A stretch of DNA of 62,937 nt, filler included, from Reticulomyxa filosa (GCA_000512085.1; 17 parts of 17 records of this genome joined end to end with filler, not necessarily neighbours in it); one strand, 5' to 3'; counted from the first letter of the whole stretch, positions 11,755 through 26,245 are shown. Notes: generated by a model not told the origin, from the letters alone. Made by a program: numbers and translations.

Positions 11755-14009
11755 GATATCAAATTAGTCACTGGCAGCCAATCTTTGATTATCATTTATC
11801 ATCATTTTGGTATGTATATTAGTTGTTTTTCCAATCTTCGGTTTCACATTATTATTTTTTCTTTCAATAATTCAATATTTTTCCCTTCATGACAGTGTCA
11901 GTATTTTGAATATCCTATTTTGCATCATTGCACGTGATATTAAAATTTCTTTGATCATCATTGTTTTTACTTTCTGAAGAAGATTCCAGGTCTTGTTCAT
12001 CCAATATTTCATCTGATTGATAATGATCAAATTTTTCATGCTATAATTTTAAGGCATAACCTAACTTACGTAATGCACTTCTTGACAAAATGAATTTATG
12101 TGGAAGGTTTGGTACGACGTAAAATTTTTCTTTGAACATAATCATATTTTTGTTATTTGGATCTTGTTCCAACTTTTCTTGTAAACTACCGGCATGTGCA
12201 CCATTGAATGCGAGGGAATTTTTAGTTAACAGTTGACTGAACTTATTTGCAATCCAATCGCTAGTTGCAAATATCGAAGCTCTTGTATCAGAAATTGCTT
12301 TAATATTTACAATTTCCTTTGTTTTTAATTTGATTTCAATATCATCTGGTTTTTCCATGACTTTGTCCAAGCCAAGCATTGTTCGATGCTTTGCTTATTA
12401 ATCAGTTACTCTTCGATCACTTGTAATTCTTTTGTTTCGTGCGGACACCTGTGTTTCTTATGCCCATGTTCACCGCATTTCATTGCATTTCGTTGTTACC
12501 ATTACCGTAGATTCGTTTATTCTTCGGATATGGTTTATTTGAACGTCCGGTCCTACTTTGGAGTTTTAACTCTGTTTGAGCTTTTAGTGTATCATGATAT
12601 ACTTTTCCATGTTTTTGAATCACTCTTTTGTTAACTGTAAAACAATTGTTAGTGAATTTCGAGTAGTTACCTTCTATCTTTCTTAATACTGAAGTTCTCT
12701 TTTGACCATTGTATCTTCTATTTCGTGCTTGTATTTCTTCTTCGAATCTGTTTTGTGTAAGTACAAGCGCTTCTTCTATTTCTTACGAAGTAGTTATGTT
12801 ATGTTCGTACATCAATTTGCGTATTAATCTATTTAATGAATCTAACAGAATTACATTAGTCTTTCGTCTGATAGTTTCAACATGTACTTATATTCAGCGG
12901 TATATTCTAATTCTAACTTCAACGCGCACTTTGCTTTGTGCCAAAGTAACAGAATATCAGATGATCACTGTCACTTTTTATCCAAAAGTGTAATAAGTCA
13001 TTTGTTCGTTCAACGATATTATATTTTCCTCCAAACATTGTGCATAACCGTGTCATCAACTCAGCAAATGTTTGATGTTGTTCAGCTGCCAACTATATCA
13101 TGTACTTCCAATGACAAACATTGGGACAATATATACATATATCATACAAAATTTATCCGCTAAAAACTTCGTCTCCAACTAGGAAAATCAATCTCGACTT
13201 CCTTGAAAATGTATCGGAATTTATTTGACGAATCCATCGCTAACTTCATCACAATGTCTTCTTTACCATCTATATCAGTATTACCGATTACTCTCCCAAC
13301 ATGAGGTCTTTCGATCGGTATTTTTGTAGCACATGTGTTGTTAGCACAACTTGAAGTTAATGTTGCCATTATCATCTAGATATCTTTGGCTCACATTGGC
13401 TTCGACGCCTGCAGCTGCAACTTACGTGATAATACTTTGATCTGTTTCTGTAACATCGGCAATTGTTGCTTTAATGAGCTTCGTCTTTATCGTCATTACA
13501 AACTGATTCACGATCACAATTTCCTTTGTCTAAAATAAAACTTTGATCAAGTGCTTGTCCATTGTCGTCCTGCAACAGTATATCATTAGCATCATTATTT
13601 ATTTCATTGAAACTTAGTCATTTACATTTAACCGATAATCGCAATTTTGATGTCACAATTGATTCACTGTCTTTGATTGGTTCTCTAAAATCTATCAACT
13701 TCTGCATCAATACTTTCGGCTTATCTTTAATATTTTCTCGTCACTTGGTAATCTCACAGCATCTTGCTGTTCTTTTGATTCCATTTTTTTTTGTGTTAGT
13801 TCGCTATAACAATGGGTACCAAATGTAGTAAGTTGCTAGCTTGTCTAGACTGAAATGCTAAGTGTAATACAAATATTTGCTCTTTGGGCAATCTTTCAAA
13901 AACGAATTAGTTTAAATAAAATAAGAATATAAACAACAACAATAGAATAAGATAGGTTGAAAGAAAAGGGCAGGAACTTCACTTTACACTGTTATGGTCT
14001 TGCCCTACA
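11755..14009 (-). mobile_element. Decayed Ty3/gypsy-like LTR retrotransposon 5' portion (putative LTR end, PBS, gag with zinc knuckle, aspartic protease)
   Basis: Minus strand: ...TACTACA (ends 13824), TT, then TGGTACCC (PBS-like). CCHC knuckle CxKCGEHGHKKHRC at about 12445-12490 with a 1-nt indel. Retropepsin-like KAISDTRAS...FILSRSALRKLG in ORF 12041-12379. Many stops. Outer LTR boundary uncertain. Confidence 0.7.
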
Positions 14010-15940
14010 AGTAAAACTCCAAAAGTAAAAAACACGTAACACCAATTAATTTAGGAGTGTTAGCTTTACAACTTGCAATCATATAAAGTAACCAGAAGAA
14101 TTTATTTTTTTTTGCGTTTGGGGCCTGCCGTCATAGAGATATAAAACTTGAAGTAGATATTAGCCAAAGAATTCAACCAAGACCATCAACACCAGCACCA
14201 AAAGCAAAATACATTATTGTACCTTGACAAAATTCAGCAGCAATAATCAACACATTAGCGATGTTGAATACGTTAGAAATGCGCTAAAGTACAAAAAGTT
14301 AGTATAAATACAGCCTGCAAGAAAAGATGCTGCGCAGCCGCAAATTTATAAAGATAAAGACTTACAAGATATTATTATCAAATATCAAATAGAAATTGAG
14401 AACTGAAAAATAAAAATGCACAAAAAAGTATTTATTGAAAAAGTTGAATATGTTATAAATATTCATAGAAAAAATAATTTACAATGGCAAAAAGTAAAGC
14501 TATTATATAGTGCATGTACAAAAAACAGAATTATCTTGCAATAAGCAGATTGAAAGAGACAAAAAACTATAAACATATTCACTAGAACAAGGAATACAAT
14601 ACATAAGTAATGCATTATATTGCATATTCAACAATCATTTGATGACTATCTCACATAAAACAATCGTTTTTACAGCTAAATTAACTCATTCGGCACTCCA
14701 ATTGTGTTGAGTCGATTGGTTATAGAAAATAAACAATAGAATATTTCCAAATATCAATTGCAAATTTGAAATGTAGCGATGACGACAATAGTAACTATGA
14801 ATGGAAAAAAATAAAAGAATTTGATATAGTACCAAGTACAAGCAGTGGTTACTCGTGTTTTGCAACGAAGAATATTGTATGAAAACACTTACAAACTTAG
14901 CATGCATTGCTGTTGCGAGCCAAAATGCATAGTTACACAGTATTCTCCAGAAGTTTTTTACACTTATCACAACAGTTGATGTAACATTGAATAATCAGAA
15001 ATGAAGAAGTAAAATTATTGTTGTCGCTTCTACCTAACGACGAAACAATACAATCATTATTATATTGTACAAGTCGATACTGATTTACTGCAAACTCATT
15101 TTATTTTAATTGCAATCGAAAAGGAATATCGGAATATATTCTCTTAAAGTTTTACCATTGAAAAATAAAGAAAATGTAAGCAAAAAAACTTATGACAGTG
15201 TTTGCAATGTCAATTTGTGTTATGGTTCAGGTAGAGGTCTCATTCGTATTTGAGGATAACACAAAAAAACAGATACCTTGGAAAAGTAAAACACTCTTTT
15301 TTGATTTAATTGAATGAAATATTACTCAATTTCATTTCTTGATAGCCAACAACACTCGCTCTGATGGTTATAAAAAGTTGTCTAAATAAACAAAAAACAG
15401 CCAATGTTGCATTGTATAACTTTATTTGCTGAGCATAAGATGTTTTGCCAACTTTCTTTTTNNNNNNNNNNNNNNNNNNNNNNNNNNNNNNNNNNNNNNN
15501 NNNNNTTAATTAATTAANNNNNNNNNNNNNNNNNNNNNNNNNNNNNNNNNNNNNNNNNNNNACACGTTTTAGATTTTTGTGTTCATCGCAATGTAATTCT
15601 TATTTCAGCATACTTTTGTAGTATGATTCAGTATGAAATAATATGAAAAGAATTACAACAATTTTTTTTTTCATTATCGAAACTAATTATTTTTCATTGT
15701 TGTAAGAATTATTTTTGTTTAGAAACAAAAAGTTCATATTTAGTTGACTAATTTTTTTTGTCACAACTGTACACTTTTATATTTCATAAACAATGTTTGC
15801 TTCATTTCATTTTTGCACTGTCCTCCAAAAGATAATAAATGGATTTCGCTAAGATTAGTTTGTGAATGTCAATTGTACAACATAATGTCCAATCAATCGG
15901 ACATCATTATGATAAGAGCATATATATTTGTATTATTTTT

Positions 15941-16935
15941 TCATGTTATGGCGCGGTCAACAGTCGTTAACTTCGTAGCGTCCACAAATAAGAATTTCAT
16001 CCTTGAACAAAATACATGTGGAAATGTCGAATGGTTTGGGCAAGTCATGCAAACTTTGAAAGATGTTATTGATTTGATTGTACATGTTAGATAAACTTGT
16101 TTTTTTGAAATATCCCTGGTTCGACCCTTTTGAACTGAAAGCCGAAAAATGTTGGCTAATCTTGAATTGTAAGCTTTAGATTGAATGTTGAATGTAATTT
16201 TAATTTGAAATGCATCAAAAGACAAAAAGTGTTCGAAGCAACGAATATTTGATAGGAAACTCAATGAAAAAAAATTCGATATGTTAATGAAACATTTTGG
16301 GAATCCGGCTGATGTAGTGTCAGTACTACATGTTTTACAATGGAAAATATAAAAGAAAAAAAAAACAGCAACACTATCCAGTTTGTTTAAAAGAGTTTTG
16401 CACCAGTTCTTGCATTTGCCTTTCCAGCTGATACTGCGTTTTTTGGATTTTTCGAATTTGTTTGCATACTTTCTTGTGCGTGATGAAATCTAATTTCTGG
16501 TGTTCCTGTTGAGCGGAAAAAGAGTAATATAGCAAGATAACAAAGAAAGAAGAAAAAGAAGAAGTAGGTTTGAATGAGCTCATATGTTTTAACTTTGCAA
16601 CAATAAAATACGACATGGCAGCCGCCACATAACAGCAAGGGCGCTCCGTTATGGCATTGCACGGCAAAGCAAAAATGGCAGCGCGGAGGAACAAAGTTGG
16701 AGGGTTGTGCAAAAAGATGTTGTGCATGATTGCGATCACTGATTTCAGTGCACACGTCAACGGGCTCAGCTATTGGAGGATCACAAAAGAAATAATTGCA
16801 CGCATGTTTGGAGTCCAAGTTTGTGGAATTGGAGTCTACGCAAGGATTAGTCGAATCATTCCACATCCAGTCATCCAAAGCAGTGCAATTGGATTTGCAG
16901 CCGGCAAGTTGGCGACATGTCTCAACATTGTTGGG
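15941..16935 (-). CDS. MYND-type zinc finger protein (5' partial, spliced)
   Basis: CHFC...LLLCGGCHVVFYCC [intron] QEHQKLDFITHKKVC matches the zf-MYND pattern. The 3' exons are uncertain. Confidence 0.7.
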
Positions 16936-17128
16936 NNNNNNNNNNNNNNNNNNNNNNNNNNNNNNNNNNNNNNNNNNNNTTAATTAATTAANNNNNNNNN
17001 NNNNNNNNNNNNNNNNNNNNNNNNNNNNNNNNNNNCTTTCAAAAAAAAAAAAATTCTTTTGACTCTTGCACTAATTGAATCTCATTTGTGTCAATATAAA
17101 TATGTGCTTGTATATGTGATGCACAAAG

Positions 17129-17348
17129 AAAACAAGACATGGATTTAGTGTGTAGAGCTCATCAAGTTGTGGAAGACGGATATGAGTTTTTTGGACAGAG
17201 GCGACTGGTAACAATATTTTCTGCCCCAAACTATTGTGGCGAATTTGACAATGCCGGGGCGATGATGAGTGTCGATGATACCCTCATGTGCAGTTTTCAC
17301 ATTTTAAAGCCTGCTGAAAAAAAGAGAAATACTCGCTTTTATGCTTAA
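17129..17348 (+). CDS. PP1: Protein phosphatase 1 catalytic subunit, last exon
   Basis: [17 protein letters not shown]...[36 protein letters not shown] is the canonical PP1 C-terminus. Confidence 0.95.
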
Positions 17349-17889
17349 CTTATACAATGCGGACAAGGACCAATACGTTATTCCACTTCGAGAAGGTAAA
17401 AAGAATATCATTGTCGTGTGTATGTTGTTTGTATGTGTCGATGCAATTGCCTTTGTCTCTGCTATGTTCCATTGTAGCCTTTTTTTTTTTTTATTGACAA
17501 AAAATCCTTTTGCCTTTTGTTCTTCATACAATTTCTTTATACTTAAAAATATTTTTCGTCTTTCGTCTTGGAAGGCTTTAGATTTTTTTTTCATGGGAGT
17601 TGTTTTTTTTTGTTTGTCTTCTTTTTTTCTAGTGTCACAACAAAGTACGGTGTGAAGATAGGATAATGTACTTTTGGCTTACTTAATAGCGTTGTAAGTC
17701 AAAACATCATTGATGTTATATTTGCTCTGTTCACAACTCTCTGTGAAAAAATTCGATTTCAATCGTGAGTCAAACTCTCAATTCTTTGATACTTTAAAAA
17801 AAAAAATCATTTCGAGAAATGTTTTCGTTGAATCAATCAGTACTCTTTTTTTAAAGTTCACTTCCCCTATTTTAATCTATAAAAACATT

Positions 17890-18545
17890 ATGTCAGTAAA
17901 CCTGAATTCTAATGGGAATATAGCGGTAGGTGTTGCGGTGGTGACAACAGTGGCGGTATCACAATGGATAAAATCGGGCTATGATAGTTATAATTTTCAC
18001 AAAAAGTTTGAACCCTCTGGCGTACTTGCACCGGTACGCACTTTGCCAGATCTTTTTTTCTATCAGTGCTTCATCAAGATATATCGACGAAGTGGCGAGG
18101 TGATGTCGTTGCGACCAACGAAAGATAAAAAAGCAAATGCAAGTGGTACATCGAAATTGAAACCGAAATCGAAATGGGATCAAAAGGCAAGTTCGACACT
18201 AAAAACAAAAACAAGAAACGAAAGCAAAAGCAATGAGCTTGAATACCCTTTTTCGAGTAAAAAGGCACAGCCATTTGAACGTAGTTATAACAGCAATAAT
18301 GTATATATGGACCATTGTTTTTTTTTGTTTTTGTTTTGTTTTTTTAATGATCTCTTTTGTGTGTTATCAAAAATGCAAAAGGGGTTTAAAAAAAAAAAAA
18401 AAAAGGGAGGAGAAGTAATCTCGTATGAACTCTTTTTCATCAAGCCAATACAAAAAAAAAAAAAATTTAAAATATAACAATGGCAAAATAGGAAGACGAG
18501 TCTGACTCAGATATTGACATCGAAAGTGATAATGACAGCCATTGG
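17890..18545 (+). CDS. Hypothetical protein with N-terminal hydrophobic anchor, 3' partial
   Basis: ATG at 17890 (MSVNLNSNGNIAVGVAVVTTVAVSQW). Exon to about 18300, GT-AG intron, then an acidic exon (EDESDSDIDIESD). Confidence 0.5.
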
Positions 18546-19596
18546 TTTAAATTCGGTTCAATTTTATATATATATATATATATATATACGTATACATATG
18601 TATATGTGTGTATACGTATATGTGTACATTTTTTTTTTTTTTTTTTTTTTTTNNNNNNNNNNNNNNNNNNNNNNNNNNNNNNNNNNNNNNNNNNNNTTAA
18701 TTAATTAANNNNNNNNNNNNNNNNNNNNNNNNNNNNNNNNNNNNNNNNNNNNCAATTAGTTTAGTTTTTGTTATTTTGTTTTTACTTTTATTATTATTTT
18801 CTTTTATTGTTTTTTTATTACTTCTTACCTCTTTTTTTTTTGCATCTTGTTCTTTGGTTCTTGTTTTTCATCATTATTTGATTCTTACATAATCAATTGT
18901 TGTCTTAAATTAAATCGTTCTGCAATTGATTGCAAATCTTTATTTTTCATTTAGTTTTGAAAATGCACAAACAACGTTCTCAATGATTGATGAACTTTGA
19001 AGTTTTTGTTTCTATTTAATTGTAATTTTTCATTTTCAACATTGTCATCATCTGGCTTTGTTCTTTTCAAAAATTTTTATCACTTAACTTATATAATATG
19101 ACGACATTCTGCTTCTTAAGTCAATATCATTACTTGGCAATGATCATAAAGAATCTTTTGTCATATTGTTGATATTATTCAACTTCTACTTACTTTTATT
19201 ACAATAGAAATTTCCAACTCAATATATCGATATATGAAAGATCTCAATGTTCCAAGATGGCGTTTAAATACCAATATCAAGTAATTTTTCAATATACTTC
19301 GAATATCGGTAGATATTGAAGTCAGCAAATCGTGAACCTTAAATTCCCTTCAAAACAACTTTTCAGCAAGTTGAAATGACAAATGAAATCTTAATTTTTT
19401 TAAAAATGGTATTTACTTAAGATGTCATTTTAAGAAACAAATTAACAAGCTGTTAAATGAATATTGAGACAAAAATCCATTTATTAAGTTTTGTCATCTA
19501 ATTTTTGCAATTTCAACAAGATTGAAAGGTTACAGAATTTGTATTCGTTTGCTCAATGTGCAACAGATAATGTAGTTCATTAGCACGTTGAGATTT

Positions 19597-21411
19597 TCAG
19601 GTTTTTACATGTTTCAACGTTGGAAAAATAGAATATTTGCTTTTGTATTTCGTTGACAAGCTAGCAGTAGATTGTGAGTTTTTCATCGTTGATGCACCCT
19701 TTGTCTCAACAATGATGTCTTCATTTTTTTTGTTTTTATGCAGCATGTAGTTCGAATTGGACCTTACCATTCCAGTTGAATTTTTGCGTTTCTGGTTTGG
19801 GATAGATTGATTATACTGATTTTTTTTGTGTTGTGTCGAGTAGCGAGAATGTCGATACATTTTTGGTTGTGTTGAGGTCTTTAAACCAATGGAATCAGTG
19901 GGTATGTTCCTACTCACAACTTCGTGGCTGAACCTCGTATTTTTGATGTTAAAGACTTGTGAAATTTTTTTTTTAATGGCTTGTTAGATTTTTTTTTGAG
20001 ACTTTGATTTTCAGTGGTGCTACTTTCATTTAAAGTAACAGATAACTGATTCAAATGATGAGAATTGTTACTGTCGTCACTGCAATCATCTTTTTTGATC
20101 AAATTGATACCATTTTTTTTTTGGGAGTATCGACGATGCAAAATTTTCTGTTGTGTAAGGTGACTTTGATGTGTTCTGTTCTGCATGATATCCTCTGTTG
20201 TTTTGTGCACTGTTGGAGATGGACAGACCCTATACGAGGAACTGATGTTGTCCTTCTGTTCGAAAATTTGGTTGGATTTTTCCTTTGTACTGTCTCTCTT
20301 TTTTTGGTCTTCGTTGTAAATGAACCGATATAACTCTTCTCTGTACTCTTCGACTGTGAACTTTGTGTTATCGTCAATTTGAATTGAAATGACGTGTTCA
20401 GCTTCTGGCTCAAGTGCACCATTGTGGAACTGTGCCAAATATGGGTGCGCAAGTGCATCAGTTGCATTCAAGCGATTGGCTGGATCGAATTGCAAAAACT
20501 TAAAAAGCAAATTAAGGGCCTCTGGATCTGCGCGAGGATACAAATCGCTTAGCGTTTTCGTTTTAACTTTTTTGACTGACTCCAATATGTTGGACGCGAG
20601 AGACGATCTACACTTTCCCGTTTTGATAGACACACGTGCAAAGATGTGTACGTATAAAAAAAGAGAAAAAAAAGCAATTACCGAACAGCAGCTATTTCTT
20701 TTTTGGTTGGATATCCAATGACTTCGACAATGCGATCTAATTGATTGATGGTGGAAGTTCCAGGGAACATCGGCTTGCTTCCCAACAGCTCTCCCAAAAT
20801 GCAGCCGATACTCCACATGTCCACTCCAAACGTATACTGATTCGAACCCAACAAGATTTCGGGTGAACGATACCACCGAGTGGCTACGTAGTCTGTCAAC
20901 ACGAGGGTGGAGCCTCGGTTATTGGATTCGTGTAAAGACCTGGCCAGACCAAAGTCGCAAACTTTGACCAAGCACTCGCTATTGACGAGCAGGTTGCTTG
21001 GCTTCATGTCTCTGTGAATTAGTCCGGCGCTATGTAAATACTTCAAACACTTAAGAGCTTGATCAGAATATATTTTTTATGAATGTCTTGAAGGATGTTT
21101 GCACGAATGACCGCGTGCAAATCTGTCTCCATGTGCTCAAACGTTAAGTACAGATCTCTGTCATTGTTTGCCTTGTAACACTGATATAGTTTTATAACAT
21201 TGTCGTGTTTCAGTTGCTTCAGAAACATTACTTCCCGAAATGTCCTTTGCGCATCGGTCGCGTTGTGAAAAGCATCGAAAATTTTTTTTAAAGCAACTAT
21301 GTCTCCTGTCTTTCTGTTTTTTGCTTTCCATACAATTCCATACGCTCCTCGTCCCAAACGTGTTATTAGTTCATATTTTTTCAATATATGTTTCTCAATA
21401 TCTTCGCTCAT
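19597..21411 (-). CDS. MAPK15: ERK7/ERK8 (MAPK15)-family MAP kinase with long basic C-terminal tail
   Basis: LGRGAYGIVWKA, KKIFDAFHNATDAQRTFRE, NDRDLYL, HRDMKPSN, LTDYVATRWYRSPEILLG (TDY motif). Intron 20608-20681. Frameshifts near 21065 and 19915. Confidence 0.92.
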
Positions 21412-24400
21412 GGCTTTGCTTTTTTTCTCGGTGTCGAGGTTGCAAAACAGTTAAAGAGAACGGATATTGATAGCTTAGATCGCAGATTTTCATTTATGAG
21501 CTGGTAGAAGTCATGGAGTCATTCCCTTTACCGTCAAAAAACAAAAACACTTTCTGTCTAGCAAATTTCCAAAATCACGTCATACTTTCCTCAATGATTT
21601 TTCAAGGCAATCTTAAAAAAGTGGTTGCTATTGAATATTGTGGATCAATTAGAATGTTTTTACAAGTTTACTGTTAGGTTTGCAAAAAAAATCATTTTCA
21701 AAATGTATGTCCTATTGCTTTCTCTTAGCAGCAAAGGGCAAATATTGACTTGATAATCCATTATTTTTCTTCATTGTTAACAATCTAGTATTGTTCAAAA
21801 AAAAAAAAAAAGGGAAAACAGTGAAACACAACGGTGTTGATTAATATTTTGTGAAAGAGCTAATTTGTTTGATTGGTACATAGCTGAATAAAGCACAGCT
21901 GGTATAAATAAGTGAGATGCATAGGCTAAAAATTATATTGTTGAGAATGATTACAATTGTTTACCTTGAATTTGTTAACACATTGCAAAACGACGATAAT
22001 GACACACAAAAAAGTAAAAATACAAATAACAATTTCAATCAACTTGTCATTTCTCTGCGTGGTTTCTTGTTCAAAAAATATATAAATATTATTATTTACC
22101 TTCATTGTACAAATAGACTGAGCATTCCCAGAATAATCTTAACGAATTTTTTTTTATATTGTAAACAAAAAATTTAATATCAAAACGAATAACATACAAT
22201 CAGTGGAATGGGTAAAAGACCACCAATACATACACAAAAAAGTCGTAAAACAAAAATTATGTATATTTTAATTATGAAAAAGTTGTTGCATTAAAAAGGT
22301 AACGTTTAAAAAAAGATTGTCTTTACTTCTGAAATCACAAATTTTTTAAATATGCAAAAAATTACGCAAACAATTAATTTTTTTTCATTGAGAAAGTTGA
22401 CACTTAAAACTATTTTTCCACGAAGAAATAACATTAATAACAAAAATTTGTTGAAAGTGTATCAAAACAAAATTACTAAAATAGTAAAAGAAAAGAAAAA
22501 TAAAGTTAATTTTGATATTGATAATGTTATGATGTCAAACCAAATGGTCTTTAAACTGATTTGATTTTTGCATAGCTCTTTTTTATTCAAATAGTAACAA
22601 TAAGGGATAAATTCAACCAAAGTTAAAAATGAAAAAAAAATAATTAATATGAAATAAACGAAGCAACCGAACAACAAAAAAGAAAAAGTTGAAAAACCCT
22701 CTCAAAAAAATTAAAGAAATAAATAGTTCTTTTAAAAAATTGATTAAATGTTATTTTTTTTATGGAGAAAGTCAGCCGTTTTATAATATACTGTTTAAGT
22801 TTTAACTTTCTTTGCATTTACTGCATATGCACATTGTATATTTGAAGATAAAACGCAAGTGAAGTAAGAAAAAGATTGAAGTAAGCTTAAAGCCTGAAGG
22901 CGCCTAGCTTTGTAGTTTACGTATGGCTGACATCCCTACTTAATAGTTTTGATAAATCGTATTGCGTAAAGCGTTATACTCGTCAACTGTTATGTTACAC
23001 AGAATTCAATCTCGTTTTTTTGGATCCTCAAACGGCTAGAGATACGAATTTATGTTGCTATTTACTAATATTCGAAAGTATAACGATTTCAGACTAAAAG
23101 CCAACGCGAGCGTCACTCTCATAAACTAAAGTTTTGTCTAAATAATCAAAACCATAAAAATCAGTAAAGTGAACATAGTGTGACTCCGATCCATTCAATA
23201 AAGATTTTTTAGTGTATTTTGATTCAGTGAAAAAAATTAACTCAAACACAAGCTATACGCAAAATATAAATTGCATAACGATCATAAAAGTGAAACATTT
23301 ACATGAGTTAAAAAATAAATAGTAGATTAAATTACATGACTGTTTGTAACATCTTGAGGGTTCAAACATTGAAGAGCTGACAGTAAATAAAACGTTAACG
23401 TTCAAGTAATATCGTAATAGCAATTGAAATAATTGTCGCAGTGCTCAAATTTGTTAAGTATTTTTAAACTAGAACTGACTTTTTAGATTGAAAAAATCAT
23501 GTGCAAAAATGCATTCAGTGATCAATATGAAATGCAGATTAGAAAAACAGAACATCAGATGCCATCTCAATTATCTATATTTAGTTGTGGCGCTAATACG
23601 CTCGCCTTGTGAAAGAAATGCAAGACCAGCATTTTTTAGAATATCAAAGATGTAAGGTTAGTTACTTTTTCCAAAACAAATTCAACCTGAAAGGTTATTT
23701 GGATTGCGACAATAAAAAAGGGCATTGAGGCTATGTTCTTTGATCTATCACCACAAACTTTATTCGTACACAACCTAGCACAAATAAGGACGACAAAATT
23801 TGCACAAGAGTGCATCAAAATCACGAACAACGCGATGCAGAACGCGCTTGTTCAAGTAATACCGATTTTCTGGTTTTTCTTTTCATTTTTCTTACTTCAG
23901 CTGCAAAAAAAGGAAATAAGAAAAAAAAAATGCGTTTCCAAAGATTTGAGGTGGCACATTACATATAAAAAAACAATTGTTATAATCAAGTTTCCATAAC
24001 ACTCCTCCCCTTTATAGTATTGCATGCTAGATCAATTATTAGCGCTGTTTTTGTATTATTGTATTGGGTATTTCTGGCTTCTCTCTTGAAGAAAGAACTT
24101 TCATGTACGTCTTGTGTGGCCTTTTGTCCATACAATCGGAGTTTGATTTCTTCCCTTGTAATATAATGTAATTTTTGCTTTCTCGATACTCCAAAGAAAA
24201 TACACTAAAAAAGTTTAGTTGTTGTTGCTTATTTTCTGGAGAACCCATTACTTATTTGTGCATGCTAGTGGTACAACTCAATTACTAAAAACCATACTTG
24301 GCTTTTCATTTTTCGAGATAGGTACAAACTGGAAAAATGTCGTGTATATTTTATAACGTCAACATAAAATGAACTGTTATCTACATGATTATAAAAGGAC

Positions 24401-24907
24401 ATTCCAAGGAGATGATAGACGTTCAAAATATACATTATCGCTTTAGAGAAAGAAGAAAAGCACGCAAGAGGATGGATTGTATGAGTTCCTAAGAAATTGA
24501 AAAGTATGATCAATCGCCAATGTTTGTAGCATAAATTTTGGTAATAGACAAACCAATTTTGTCATCCGAACAGAGAAAGATTTTGTGAAAGTAGTCTCAT
24601 CTCAAATATGGTAATTGAGAAAAAAAAGCACAAGGAAAAAAAAAAGAAAAAAGAACCTACCAAATGAAAATTACAAAGTCTCAGTCCATGTTGTTCACTA
24701 CGTTCCAAAAAAAAACCATAAACAAAAGTCAAAACGAAAGGATGATAGGTGGCAAAACAAAAAAAAACAAAAATAAGAAAAAAAAAAGCAGACAAAAAAG
24801 AAATGTTCATTGTGGTCACATGACCACTTTCGAAATCCCACATATACTTGCCATGAAATTATATCATGGAGAAAAAAAAGAAACACACCCCAAAGATACT
24901 GACAAAC

Positions 24908-26245
24908 TTACAACACAGAGTCTGTTTTTTGATGCGACTTTGTTTGATTGGAAAGTTTATGAACTTTACGTTTGTGTCTTGAGAAATTGGTGGCATGACG
25001 AAACTGTTTTTTGCAAATTGCACATTGGTACGGTTTTTCGCCGGTGTGGATACGCCGGTGCTCTTTCAGATGTGTCCTCTGGTAGCACTTTTTTCCACAA
25101 TCCGGACATTGGAAAGGCTTTTCTTCTGAGCAGTATTTTTATACAACTTGGGATTATAAGGAAAGTGAGGGAAGGTACCAAGGTTTTGTCTCAAATGACA
25201 TGGACATAAGAGTCAAAACCAAAACATAAAAAAGCAACACTGAAAAAGTAAACATAAAAAGATACACAAAATAAATTGTACCGTTATGATATCGCATGTG
25301 TTCATTAATCCCTCGTTTGTTTTTGAATTTTTTATGGCACACAGGACATGAATATTTCCTTGCTGAGAATAATCAATGAAGTACAAAAAATGCAAATAGT
25401 AAATTTAGTTTGAAAGGATACGTGTGATTGATTGTGCATATGTGTACTTCTTTCGAGTGAAGGAAATGTGTTAATACAAACAAAGAAAAAAAATATAATA
25501 CGTAACATACATAAATATATACATCACACATACATACATATATATACATATACATATATATATCATACACATATATTATATATACATTGTATGTATACCA
25601 AGATAATCGGAAGAGAGGCATTTGGACAAGCGTTCTTTGTCATTTCCTACAATTTTTCGAACTTGTTTTGGAATTTCAGTCAATCCATTTCTTGTGCCGG
25701 TCAACGTTGGTGGATCATTCTTCTCACCGCTGGTGTTATTGATCTCGGTGCAAAAAGGTGGATTTTCAATTGACCTCTTTCCTTCTTCATTCAGCTGCCC
25801 GCATAAATTATTCGTCGTCTTTTCTTTATTTCGGATTGGATCACACACTACCGCCATCGAGGACGGAATTGTGAATGGAGCCATCTATGGTATTTTGGTA
25901 TGCGTATATTTTTCAAAAAAAAAAAGATTAGCACGATTCGAACATGCGCTGTGGCCAGATGCAATTAATCACTAGGCTTTTTTTTGAAAAAAAAATTTTT
26001 AAAAATTAAAACTTCACTTGAGTTTTGCAAATTTGTGAAGTTTGATCGATTTGATGGCCGATAACCTCACCTTGGTGGCATTGCTGTGCTATTTGATAGG
26101 TTGGTAGTGTGACCAAAATATTTCTTTGGACCCAAGGAGCGATTGGACTGCAAACGAGCACGTAATTGCCATTGATTTTGCAGCATTGAACAAGGTGTTG
26201 ACTCTTTTGTTCCAGTACCTGAGGGGAAGACATCGACACTAACAT
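24908..26245 (-). CDS. C2H2 (Kruppel-type) zinc-finger transcription factor, 3 fingers, 4 exons
   Basis: Spliced translation ...RKYSCPVCHKKFKNKRGINEHMRYHN|EEKPFQCPDCGKKCYQRTHLKEHRRIHTGEKPYQCAICKKQFRHATNFSRHKRKVH...VL*. Introns about 25885-26017, 25363-25598 and 25126-25281, all GT-AG and in phase. Confidence 0.88.

Noticed and set aside
22860-23130. Possible solo LTR (also 240-590)
   Set aside because: Composition is suggestive only. No clear TG..CA ends, TSD or convincing second copy in the window.
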